A stretch of 26,317 bases of DNA, taken from positions 1-26,317 of the forward strand of contig NW_021835582.1 of assembly GCF_006345805.1 (NCBI RefSeq). Reading direction: 5' to 3'. Within the stretch, counting starts at the first letter, position 1. Each line of letters begins with the position of its first letter. The position numbers were made by a program, and so were the translations under genes. Shown here piece by piece: positions 1-11,171 of the stretch. This stretch comes from Octopus sinensis (taxonomy: Eukaryota). The notes beneath the pieces are model-generated. The model ran no database searches. It was not told the origin of the DNA and saw only the letters and a list, made by a program, of their open reading frames with translations.

Positions 1-46
1 CTATATTTCAATTATATATATTTATTAGTAGCCCCAAACTTACTTT

Positions 47-48
47 GT

Positions 49-80
<32 letters not shown>

Positions 81-84
81 TACT

Positions 85-115
<31 letters not shown>

Positions 116-170
116 TACATATATGTATATATCTATGTATATGTGAGCGTGTGTATGTATATGTGTATGT
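47..170. repeat. (CA)n/(TA)n/(TG)n compound microsatellite (copies near 8910-9015 and 20585-20700)
   Basis: Direct reading. Confidence 0.9.
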
Positions 171-455
171 GTTTCAGTTTATCCACTATGACCGCTTGGG
201 AAGAGGTTCCGGTTTTTTACGTCCCAGTAATTTGGCCGATCGGTATCTTGTTAAATTCCTTACAACCACTTGAAACTTTTCACATTTTTACCACGTCATT
301 TTCAAAGCATTTACGTCTGATTCAGAATTGCCTGCCGCTGACGATAATTGCCTTCATGTTTTTCTTTTTTCTGGTAAGTAATAATAAAAAAATCAAAAGT
401 ATAAAGTTGCGTAACTCTAGGCAAATCAGCGGAAGGGATCGCGAGAATACGCAGC

Positions 456-550
456 AGGCTTAACAACAAATACTGGGGTCGATTTGTGCGACTAAATTAC
501 TTTAAGGCAGTGCCCCAGCATAGGCGCAGCCCAATGGATGATAAACGTAA
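456..550 (+). mobile_element. Possible decayed SINE 3' fragment (copies near 9298-9370 and 20985-21060)
   Basis: actggggtcgatttgtgcgacta resembles the SINE core in this window (actgtgatcgatataatcgactta, minus strand near 18560-18584). The rest matches only my memory of octopus SINEs. Confidence 0.35.
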
Positions 551-685
551 GGAATTGTTTACAGCTATGGTTTAAATTCTACGCCATAAATTAGAATTGT
601 CGGATCTCATCGAAGACAGCGAACGGGAATTGAAGCTCTATGGTTGGTGTTCCTGAAATTTTAAAGGATGCAACAATAGAAAATG

Positions 686-725
686 ATCTATCTATCGATC
701 AATCAATCGATCTTCTATCTATATC

Positions 726-763
<38 letters not shown>
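686..763. repeat. (TATC)n / (GATA)n array 5' of A1
   Basis: Direct reading. Confidence 0.95.
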
Positions 764-1770
764 AACACAACCAAAGAATTCTATAGGGGATTAGTGGAGG
801 GGAGGTACGACGACGATCTCTTGGCAAACCTGGGCGTCGTCGAGGAATACCTGACCCGCCTGTTTAAAACGACTTTCGGCCCGGGACCTATAGACAACTT
901 CCAGAGATCCCTGGCCTGGCGGTGCTACCGAGAAGCGCTACCCATTCGGGATAAGCTCTATAGGCATGGCTCGAGAAACATGGGGCCGACCTGCCCGAGA
1001 TGCGGGCAGAGCGACGAAACCGCTCTGCACGCAATCGTGCAGTGTCCAGCAATTTCCGACCTGTGGGCTTATGTCGAACGACTGCTGTCACGTGTGGGAC
1101 GTGTCGGTTTATCAGCCGAGTCTATCGTTAATATCGTCACGCCTCCTTCCTTCAAACGGGAGGAAGAGCTATTTTTATCATACTTGTGGCTATGGCGAAA
1201 GAATGTATCTGGTGGACGCGCCCGAAAGGATTGGAGACAAACACTTTCCTCTCTGGTCAATCTCTCATCAACTTCTTCAAGTATCACATGAAGAGGGAAG
1301 TGGAGTAGAGAGGCAAATTTTGTCTAGCGAATGTTTTAAAAAAAGATGGGTGAATGTAGCAAGGATGGCACGTATGAATGACGAAGCCACCTTGACTATG
1401 ATTCTATGAACCGTAAAAATTAATACAGAGAGTTGCTTATTTGCAAAAAAAAATAAAAGAAGGTAATATAATATGTGACTTCATTGACCGAGGTTACCGT
1501 GGTCTTTTCCGTAGGCTTTTCTTTACACTTCATATTGACATTTCTGTGATTACGATCCCTATTGATCAACTTTTTTTCCTCTCCCCTTTCCTTTTATTTC
1601 TTTCCTTCTCCCCCCTTTTTAAAAAAAATCCTCCCCTTTTTTTGTCTTTTTCTTTCCTTTTACGATCCCTTTTGATCGAAACCCAACCCCCTTTTTTTAC
1701 CTCCAAAAGAAAAGCTCTACCTTGTAATTTGTTCTGTCTTTGTGCAGCCCTGTGTGGCTAATAAAGAAAC
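762..1770 (+). mobile_element. L1/Tx1-clade non-LTR retrotransposon family A, copy A1 (3' ~1 kb: ORF2 C-terminus, zinc knuckle, 3'UTR)
   Basis: Translates to FQRSLAWRCYREALPIRDKLYRHG..CPRCGQSDETALHAIVQC..LW, the zf-RVT-like CX2CX8HX4C region of L1/Tx1 ORF2. The ORF2 stop is at 1407-1409 after a frameshift. The 3'UTR ends agccctgtgtggctAATAAAgaaac. Confidence 0.88.
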
Positions 1771-1953
1771 ATATCTATCTATCTATCTATCTATCTATCC
1801 ATCTATCTCTATCTATCCATCTATCTATCTATGTATCTATTTATCTATCTATCTATCTTTTTATCTATGTCTATATATCTCTATCTATCTATCTATCTAT
1901 CATTGTCTATCTATGACTATCTATCTCTATCTTTCCATCTTTCTATCTATCTC

Positions 1954-2023
<70 letters not shown>
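1771..2023. repeat. Imperfect (TATC)n array 3' of A1
   Basis: Direct reading. Confidence 0.95.
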
Positions 2024-3109
2024 AAACTATCATGTGTCTGTCTAGCTATCTCTCTATCAATCATTGTCTGTATCTTTATCTTTCTATCTCTCTATCTATT
2101 ACGTCTCTCCATATATCGATATACATATATATATATATACACACATATATACATTCATTTACATTGACTTATTTTCACACACACAAACACACACGCAGAC
2201 ACACACTTTCACACACATATATACATAATATAAAGGGAGAGGAAAATCAAATCATGGGACGCAACTTACAAGCATTGTACTACAATCCAGGCTCTGGTAA
2301 ACCACTTCGAATGGTCCGGCAAAACGGGAAAATCTTTATGGTAAACAATCATTGTCTTTCACTTAGTTCCAAAATTCCGAGTTCACTATTTCGGGTTTTA
2401 TCCTGTGTAAAAGACATTAAAATAAGAATTAAATGTTACACATGAAGTAACTTACTTTTTAGCATATTTTATATACAATGCAATTTAGTTATTTTAAACC
2501 TGTGAACGACACGCCTTTCTGCTGCATGTATATCATAAGCATTAGCATCAGGTTACATCCTGCTGGTTGAAAACTGTACCACCAGTATGCAGTAATTATA
2601 ACTTTAGACTCAGATACTGATACCGGTGGAATGTAAAATACGGCTGCATGCCATTGCTTCAAATTTGAATAAACAGGATGCAACCTTACACCGGGCACAA
2701 TAATCTGCTATGATACACATATACACACCCGCAAACACACACATACTCACACATACACACACACACATTCATATATATATATACGCATAATTGTGTGCGT
2801 TGTGTTCTGCTACTTCAATGAAAAAATATTTGGTAAATAAACAAATGACGAATATATATATATATATATATGCGCAAATATATATATAAACATTCACTAC
2901 CTCTTACCAACAGAGACTAACAGCACTTTATTGGTAAGTTACGATTTTCATTATATTATATCGGCCTTCTATTGGCCATTGTCCAGTCTCCTCAACGGCA
3001 TTAAGGATGGGATAAAAAGGTTCTCCACCCTTAAGACTTCATAAATTTGGGTCCACAAATTACCTAAAATGTTTTTTTATGCTTTTATTTTTACTTCAGT
3101 AATTTTCAG

Positions 3110-3323
3110 TTAACCCATTAGCATTGGCACTGGCCACGTCGGGCCCAAATATTCTTCCTGTTTTCTGTGGAAACTGAACAGATCAGCCTTTTCACAACCA
3201 CCATGCAAAGTTATTCTAAAAGTAAGCAATCACATAATCAAAATCTCAAAGCTAGAAGATAACGTATGTTTAATTGTAAACGATGTGAATAAATAAGTAA
3301 TTCATCTGAATGTTGAAGGTGTA
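3110..3323. mobile_element. Degenerate MITE, possibly piggyBac-type (TTAA-CCC end)
   Basis: The left end ttaacccattagcatt and right end aatgttgaaggtgta form a decayed inverted pair about 215 bp apart. It resembles a recalled octopus MITE with ttaaccctttagcatt ends. Confidence 0.5.
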
Positions 3324-3867
3324 TCCCCTTCTAGCTGGTACAATAATGAAACAGCAATTCCATCTCAAATTACGTGGGGTATTTTTTCAGGACACTTTTC
3401 AGGTACGAGGGAGTGGTTAAGAATGTTAGTAGTACAAAAAATCGGGTCGGTATTTTTCTTAGTATTTGACTTTTGTTAATTATTGTTTGAAGCCGAGATG
3501 GGTCAAATGAGAGTAGAGACGGTTGAAAAGCAAAAATTTGAGGAAATTTGTGATGTGTGTTGGAGAGATTTAGGAGGCTGAGAGGAGGATGAAAAATCGA
3601 TTGATCATAATACTTGGAATAAATTTGGGATGCGTGTTATATATATTTATATTTCTGTAGGTATCTATATATATATGCTGACTACTTAATGTTTTTAATA
3701 CTGTGTATTAATGTAGGAGTTTATATGTATATATATTGTGCGTATATGTGTGTGTGTTTGCATGTATATATGTAAGAGCTTGTATGTATATATTTGTATT
3801 TGCAAATGTGATGTATATATATGTATTTGTAAATGCAATTTGGATATTTCAGATTTATTGCATATGC

Positions 3868-3907
3868 TATATATATATATAATTAAATAAATAAATATAT
3901 ATATATC

Positions 3908-3951
<44 letters not shown>

Positions 3952-3964
3952 TTATATATATATT

Positions 3965-4041
<77 letters not shown>

Positions 4042-4081
4042 CATAGATATATGCGTACATAGGCACACACACACACACACA
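3868..4081. repeat. (TA)n then (CA)n microsatellite
   Basis: Direct reading. Confidence 0.95.
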
Positions 4082-5242
4082 TATAATCTATTTGGAATGT
4101 GTTCACTTGTCGATTGTCAGGTTGACTCTTGTTTTACATTACAGCTTTGATGGGCCCCGGGGCTTGCTATATGATTATTTAGAATTAGGGAAGTGCATGA
4201 ATGTCGGGCAGTATTTATGCTTACGATAAAAAATAACGTCAGAGAATTTAACAGTGAGGAGTTGTGGAGGCGAAGAATAGTTAATGACCCTTTTATACAT
4301 AACATACATTTACCTATATTTGTGTTGTAGAGGGGAGCTTCACATACTATGGACCACGATAGAGCGTGTTGGACATTGTTTTGAATTGAGGTTGTATATG
4401 TGTGTTGCTAAAGATTGAAATAGTTTAGATTCGGGATTAGTGAAAGAATACATATGAGCACGACAACGACATTGAAAATCCTCAGTGCCATTAATATACA
4501 CCCTTGCCTGGTGGGTGCATGGGGTAATCACGTGGCACTTATAGATTACGCTTTTGAGGAGACAGGTGTCTGCATACCATATATTTCAGAAGCGCGACAG
4601 TTGCAAGTGGTTGGGGTTTACTATTAGTAATGTTGATGTTGGTTGGTTTGTGTTAGTTGTGGGAGAATCTAAATTAGGATTTATATTAGTATCGGATTGA
4701 GAGGTTGTAATGGAACTAATATTTGTCGTCTCGTAGACAGGGTTGTAGAATGTTGGCTTAAGATTAGTATTATACAATTGAGGTGGCTTATTAATGTTTG
4801 TATTATTGTATTGTGAAATTTAGCTTGGGATTTGGGGGGAAATTTATGTTTTTATCCACACATAAAGCCTACCGGTGTTTTATAAAGACTTATGGAACCA
4901 CGTGACCGCTGCTAGCTTTGTTGTTGTTGATGTGTATGTATTTTCAAAATGTTTTATTCTTCAACTTTGAGATGTATTGTTGATTTTTTTAATTTTATCT
5001 TACTATAATCAGCAACAAACACCTTCCGTCAATATTAAATTCTTTATTGGATAAAAAAAAACATTATCAAAACATGAAGTTAAAACAAAACAAATGTGCT
5101 TTGTTTTCTTCCAGGCACAAATGACCTGTAGCAATAGTCTTTCATCGACCGACCTTTCCTTCAAAAAAATCAGTGGAATCATTCGATCTCCATACACAAA
5201 TTATTTTCCTCCTGGAACTATAAAAAAAGTTACACACATTAG

Positions 5243-5316
5243 GCGCACCTTTCTCTAAGCGGCACACTAAATTTCCCAGGTAAAAAATAGCGGCTTATAC
5301 ACCGGAAAATACGGTG
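5243..5316. mobile_element. Probable right end of a pogo/Tc1-mariner-type DNA transposon or MITE
   Basis: gcggcttatacaccggaaaatacggt (5290-5315) resembles the TACCGTATTTTCCGG..TATAAGCCGC terminal repeat class. No convincing partner TIR was found. Confidence 0.4.
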
Positions 5317-6160
5317 TTTCTTTTTTGTCATATTCATATCGACTTTTCCTCCATAAACGTTACACAAACACTTGACTGCGCATGCCTAAATGTCTATATT
5401 AAGCATTTTCTAAGCTAAATTCTCTGCTTGATCTGCAGGCTCATTAGGCCCCCAGTATATCTCGGTATCGAACGTATATTCACACACACACAAGGATACA
5501 CACACCGGATACCAGTCTGTCGCAATGTTAACCCCTGGTTAATGCTGGCTTTTCAGATGAGAGCACTGGAAGTGTCTTTCTCGTGGACACAACTTACCGA
5601 AACAATAATCCATACGCCTATGAGTGTGTGGGTGCGCGCTTATGTACATATCCGTGCGTATGTGGGTGTATTTTGTATGCATGTACACACACACACACAC
5701 AATCTTTTATTCTTTTATTCTTTGGCTTATTTAAAGGTGAATTTTAAAATCGTTATGCCAATCACATAATCCCCTTCCGACATAGGCCAAAAGTAAAGCT
5801 ACGAAACTGGCTAAGTTTGGAAGAAAACGAAACACCACATGTGACTGGATGGGAAGTAATTGAGAATCCATAACTTATGTGAATGGATCGAATAAATATA
5901 AACATTGTTTAGCTGAAAGAGTGCATATCCTGTTCAGATCTAAGATGCTTAATCCTCAATTGGACTCTAGGTCTGGAATTTTCAGTCGTTGTCAAGTATA
6001 AATATATTTTGAAGAACTGAAAAATTCCGTCTATTCTTGATTAGATTTTTGATATTTTATTAGCCTTATAATTCAATGTCTAACAAGTAGAACTCTTAAA
6101 TGCTGTTTTTACTTTTCCCTTTTCAAATTTTCGTTTTTGTGCTTTCGCTTTCCGATTTCC

Positions 6161-7252
6161 GGAACACTGGGCATGCTGTGGAAGACATGCACTGGGGCTG
6201 CGGCACCTCCAAACATTCTGCGTAAATGGTGAACAGGTGTGCTCATCGTTTGTCAAACAGGCTTTTCCACATCTCATCTCCTTGAGTAAGCTGCAGTCCT
6301 GGGTCAAGAAGAGACCGAGGAAGGGTTACTGGCATCTGGAATATTGCTAGGCACTCACTGTCCTCTACCAGGTGGGCAATGCGATCAGTAGAAAATCCAC
6401 TCTGAAGTTCTATGGAGGGTTAGTGGAGGGAAAGTGCGATGAAGCACTTGGAGAGACGCTAGGCGTTGACAAAATTGGAACTAACCCTCTGTTGAGGAGG
6501 ACTTTCAAGACGGGGACGATGGATCACTCTAGAAGTCCCTTGTTATGCAGTGCTGTCGGGGGGCACTGACGGTTCGAGATAAACTCTACAAGCACGGAAT
6601 TCTGTCTGACCGACCTACCCGACATGTGCGCAGAGCTATGAATCATTCTGCACGCACTCGTCCAGTGTCCTTGCATTACAGACATGTGGAGTTATGTTGA
6701 ACAGCTGTTATCACGTGTAGTGGTTCTATCTATCGCGGCCGAGTCCGTAGTGAAGATCGATCATCACTTTCACTCAGTCCGGTAAGGTCAGAGCGGCATT
6801 TACTTATGTCTAATAATAAGCAATCCGCGAAAGAGCTGTGTTGTGGACCAGGTTAAAAGACTAAAGGCAGAGACTTTTCTCTCTACGGCCAATCACTCGT
6901 CAACTTTTTCAAATTTCTTTGGAAAGGAAGATGAGGGTGCAGAGTGAAGTGCTGCCTCCCATACATTTGCCAAAAGGTGGTGAATAGGCGAAATGGTACG
7001 TGTGAGTGGACTTACTCTAATAACACGCCTTTGAGCTAGTGAATTTGAAAGAAAGGAGAGTGTTCTTCCCAGATGCTCTCGAAGCGTCGAGTTGTTCAGG
7101 ATTGGGGTGGGGGTACCTGAGCCAACTCCAGGAGATTACCTGCACCTATACGAACTTTCATTGTTATATTCTTTTGTCGATATCATTGTTATTCTTTTAA
7201 CTGTGTACTCGTTGTCTCAGCGTTAAATCTCCACTGTCATGTCTACTGTATC
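6161..7252 (+). mobile_element. Older Tx1-like family B fragment (ORF2 C-terminus plus 3'UTR), unit 1
   Basis: Translates RHALGLRHLQTFCVNGEQVCSSFVKQAFPHL..KKRPRKGYWHLE..FYGGLVEGKCD, homologous to family A RHALRLRHVRLYVDDGEQVWSPFVRHAFPQL..KKRPRKGEWHRE..FYRGLVEGRYD. Clearly diverged, with stops and frameshifts. Confidence 0.82.
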
Positions 7253-7406
7253 CTGTTTCTTTCTACCCACAAGGGGCTAAACACAGAAAAGACAAACAAG
7301 GACAGACAAACGGATTAAGCCGATTATTCGATCACAGTGCGTAACTGGTACTTCTTTAATCGACCCCGAAAGGATGAAAGGCAAGTCGACCTCGGGGGAA
7401 ATTGAA
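7253..7406 (-). mobile_element. Same SINE in unit 1, 5' head removed by deletion
   Basis: Matches 18496-18652. Only the left TSD (7242-7252) remains. Confidence 0.83.
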
Positions 7407-7645
7407 ATCCTTAAACAACCCTTACTCAGGACTTTTGAGCAGGATCTGTTACTCGCAGAAGAAAATTCTAACTGGGGCCCCACATACAAGGTCATGTGCT
7501 TTTATCTTGATATGAGATCCATGTTTCGCACTTATGGTTGTGATGCATGTGCCTGGTGTACCCTTATCAGGGACGGGTTCCTGATGGGTAACTGGGCTTC
7601 GTATATTTTACCATAGTGTCACTTTGATGGCATGCACTGCTCTCT
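7407..7645. repeat. Right half of the same (AAT)n-flanked repeat, unit 1
   Basis: Matches ~19137-19379 and is fused directly to the truncated SINE. Confidence 0.6.
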
Positions 7646-7659
7646 AAATTCATAGTATA

Positions 7660-7763
7660 TAATAATAATATATAAATACTAATAATCTAATAATAATAAT
7701 TATTATTATTATTATTATTATATTATTATTATTATTATTATTATTTTATTATTATTATTATTA
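7660..7763. repeat. (AAT)n abutting (ATT)n
   Basis: Direct reading; pivot near 7700. Confidence 0.93.
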
Positions 7764-8143
7764 GTTTATTGAACATTTCTTCCGGCTAACATTTCATCAC
7801 TTCTTCACAGTAAATTATATCATTTAATGCAATCGTTAATGTGATATTCCTCCAGTTTCATATAAAGAAAAGCTTAGGCAGGGTTATGTATCTAATTGCA
7901 TCACACACACAACACCCACACACACCACGAACAATCATACACATCACCCTCCACATCTTCTTTCCCCCTCTCTCACTCTTCTATCACTCCCCTCTACCCC
8001 TTCTCTCATTTAACTCTTCCACTTCCACCCCCCGCCAATCATCAAACTGTCTGACTGAAACGTTTTCAAATCGAAATTATATAATTAGAATACAGATGCC
8101 ATATATATATAATATATATTATCATATATATATATGTGTACTA

Positions 8144-8499
8144 GGATGTGGAATGTTCGTATCCCGCTGACACGGACCAAGTCATCATAATACTGTCCAC
8201 GAAGCGTTGATAGGAGCAAAGCTTATCCAAGAGAAGTCGTGGGCCTGCAAATCGGCAGATGGAGAGGCACCCATACCAACCGACTGTTTGTAGGGCGCTA
8301 AACGGAAAGACGGTTAAACTGTTTGGGGTCTGGTCTGCTGTAGACCCCGAGGTGGGACAACACGGGTGGGAGTTGACGAACAGGATAGTCGATCTCACCC
8401 AGAAATTGGCAGAGAGGAAGCTGTTCGTGAAGGGTCGAGACGTGGTGGCGATGCGTACATCGTCTCTCCGTCATCTATGACTGCCTGAATATAATACCC
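8144..8499 (+). mobile_element. Tx1-like RT-domain fragment C, unit 1
   Basis: Pieces read VSADTDQVIIILS / GAKLIQEKS / VKLFGVW / GWELTNRIVDLTQKLAERKLFVKGR. These correspond to the SAYADD, GAKIN.EKS and LSLKGR motifs of L1-clade RT, and overlap the start of family A. Confidence 0.75.
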
Positions 8500-9510
8500 A
8501 CATTGTATCAAACGCCAGGATACAAGTGTTCGTCTGGTACGTTGATTTTTGTTAATTTTTATGTCTTGACAAAGCCTGCGCTGATGAGTGAAAGTGCATT
8601 TGTGCACTAATTACGGAATCATATGATGTTCAGCTACGTCGTGTTTTCTGGAGGCTCGCTTTGAGAGTTGCATTCCCTCGCGTTTTGTACAATGTGGGGC
8701 ATTATAGTAGTTTTGACTTCAAGAGACCCTCCTAGCGTGAGACATTTATGTATAAGTATTGCCCTTAATATATATAAATATATTCATAGGGAATAATTAA
8801 TAAGTTATCCTTCTGAGGTTTTTTCAGATAACTACTTGATAAATCCTCGTAAAATTCTATCCTATATTTCAATATATATATTTATTATAGCCCCAAACTT
8901 ACTTTGTTATATCACACCACACACACACACACACTTATGTATATATATATATATATATATTAACATATATGTATATATCTATGTATATGTGAGCGTGTGT
9001 ATGTATATTTGTATGTGTTTCAGTTTATCCACTATGACCGCTTGGGACAGGTCCGTTTTTTACGTCCCAGTATTTGGCCGATCGGTATCTTGTTAAATTC
9101 CTTACACCACCACTTTAAACACTTTTCACATTTTTACCACGTCATTTTCAAAGCATTTCCGTCTGATTCAGAATTGCCTGCCGCTGACGATAATTGCCTT
9201 CATGTTTTTCTTTTTTCTGGTAAATAATAATAAAAAAATCAAAGTATAAAGTTGCGTAACTGTAGCAATCAGCGGAAGGGATCGCGAGAATACGCAGCAG
9301 GCTTAACAACACAATACTGGTCGATTTGTGCGACTAAAACACATTTAAGCAGCCCAAGGGTAGGAACAACGTAAGGAATTGTTTACAGCTATGGTTTAAA
9401 TTCCTACGCCATAAATTAGAATTGTCGGATCTCATCGAAGACAGCGAACGGGATTGAAGCTCTATGGTTTGTGTTTCCTGAAATTTTAAAGGATGCAACA
9501 ATAGAAAATG

Positions 9511-9578
9511 ATCTATCTATCGATCAATCAATCGATCTTCTATCTATATCTCTATCTATCTATCTATCCTATCTATCC

Positions 9579-9643
<65 letters not shown>

Positions 9644-9673
9644 CCTATATATCTACATATCTATCTATCTATC
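9511..9673. repeat. (TATC)n array 5' of A2
   Basis: Direct reading. Confidence 0.95.
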
Positions 9674-11171
9674 TGGAACGAGATAACGAGTATGGTGGTC
9701 ACTCTCGCCCAGCATGGGCCGGGAGGAGGTGTCCCTAAAAGGTCGGGCGGAGGTTGCGAACGCCTACATCGCGTCCATCATCTACTACCGCCTGACCGTC
9801 GTACCTTGTCCCGACCCTACCATCACCAAACTAGAACGCATCCCTTCCACTTTCTTGTGGAAAGATGCGTCCCGATGGTCAGGCGATCCATTTGCTGCCA
9901 TCACCCGTTAAAAGAAGGGCTGGGCATGCCGTGGTGTTTGATGATGCTCTGACACACGCGCTGAGACTGCGACATCTCCGGCTCTATTAGACGACGGTGA
10001 ACAGGTGTGGTCACCGTTTGTGAGGCACGCATTCCCGCAACTCGTCTCCATGACCGAACAACAGTCTGGGGGCAAAAAGAGGCCGAGGAAGGGCGAATGG
10101 CACCGCGAGTGTCCCGTTGCTCTCAAGAAACTCTGCCGTTCCAGGTCGACCTTGAGTGACTTCAACACAACCAAAGAATTCTATAGGGGATTAGTGGAGG
10201 GGAGGTACGACGACGATCTGGTGGGAAACCTGGGCGTCGACGAGGAATACCTGACCCGCCTGTTTCAAACGACTTTCGGCCCGGGACCTATGGACAACTT
10301 CTAGAGATCCCTGGCCTGGCGGTGCTACCGAGAAGCGCTACCCGTTCGGGATAAGCTCTATAGGCATGGCTCGAGAAACACGGGGCCGACCTGCCCGAGA
10401 TGCAGGCAGAGCGACGAAACCGCTCTGCACGCAATCGTTCAGTGTCCAGCAATTTCCTACCTGTGGGCTTATGTCGAACGACTGCTGTCACGTGTGGGAC
10501 GTGTCGGTTTATCAGCCGAGTCTATCGTTAATATCGTCACGCCTCCTTCCTTCAAACGGGAAGGAAGAGCTATTTTTATCATACTTGTGGCTATGGCGAA
10601 GAATGTTCTGGTGGACGCGCCCGAAAGGATTGGAGACAAACACTTTCCTCTCTGGTCAATCTCTCATCAACTTCTTCAAGTATCACATGAAGAGGAAAGT
10701 GAGAGTAGAGAGGCAAATTTTGTCTAGCGAATGATTTAAAAAGAATGGGTGAATGTAGCAGGATGGCACGTATGAATGAAGAAGCCACCTTGACTATGAT
10801 TCTATGAACCGTAAAAATTAATACAGAGAGTTGCTTATTTGCAAAAAAAAATAAAAGAAAGAAATATAACATGTGACTTCATTGACCGAGGTTACCGTGG
10901 TCTTTTCCGTAGGCTTTTCTTTACACTTCATATTGACATTTCTGTGATTACGATCCTATTGATCAACTTTTTTCCTCTCCCCCTTTCCTTTTATTTTTTT
11001 CCCTCTCCCCCCTTTTTTAAAAAAAATCCTCCCCCTTTTTTTTCCCTCTTTCTTTCCTTTTACGATCCCTTTTGATCGAAACCCAACCCCCTTTTTTTTA
11101 CCCCCAAAAGAAAAGCTCTACCTTGTAATTTGTTCTATCTGTGTGCAGCCCTGTTTGGCTAATAAAGAAAC
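9674..11171 (+). mobile_element. Tx1-like family A, copy A2 (~1.5 kb, 5'-truncated)
   Basis: Same sequence as A4 with frameshifts. Begins tggaacgagataacgag (WNEITS) right after (TATC)n. Flanked by acatatctatctatctatc at 9655-9673 and 11170-11188. Confidence 0.88.

Larger units (their letters stand above)
1..8861 (+). repeat. Large tandem repeat, unit 1 (starts at window edge; carries one shortened Tx1-A copy)
   Basis: The opening sequence ctatatttcaat..tagccccaaacttactttg recurs at 8862 and 20538. All downstream blocks recur in the same order and orientation. The phase is arbitrary because the true array boundary is not visible. Confidence 0.93.

Noticed and set aside
86-463. YI/CV-rich ORFs (also 3906, 8836, 15007, 20582)
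   Set aside because: They start in (TA)n/(TG)n/(CA)n tracts and have no recognisable domain.
888-1409. Alternative-frame and antisense ORFs over Tx1-A (MARET.., MTAVVRHK.., MILEEVDE.. and their copies)
   Set aside because: Shadow frames of the LINE ORF2; they recur only because the copies are recent.
1441-1761. MQKK.. ORFs after each A copy
   Set aside because: They lie in the low-complexity 3'UTR, start at TTG and vary in frame between copies.
5435-5560. Faint SINE-like wording (gtcaacccctgg..tggtactttt in unit 2)
   Set aside because: Too short and degenerate to support a call.
6009-6028. Resemblance of tgaagaactgaaaaattcc to vertebrate miR-146
   Set aside because: A short gapped match in AT-rich DNA that is expected by chance.
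8575-8616. Hammerhead-like ctgatga-gt-gaaa-gtgca-tttg-tgcac-ta
   Set aside because: No stem II, no pairing for stem I, and the unit 2 copy (~20309-20345) breaks stem III.
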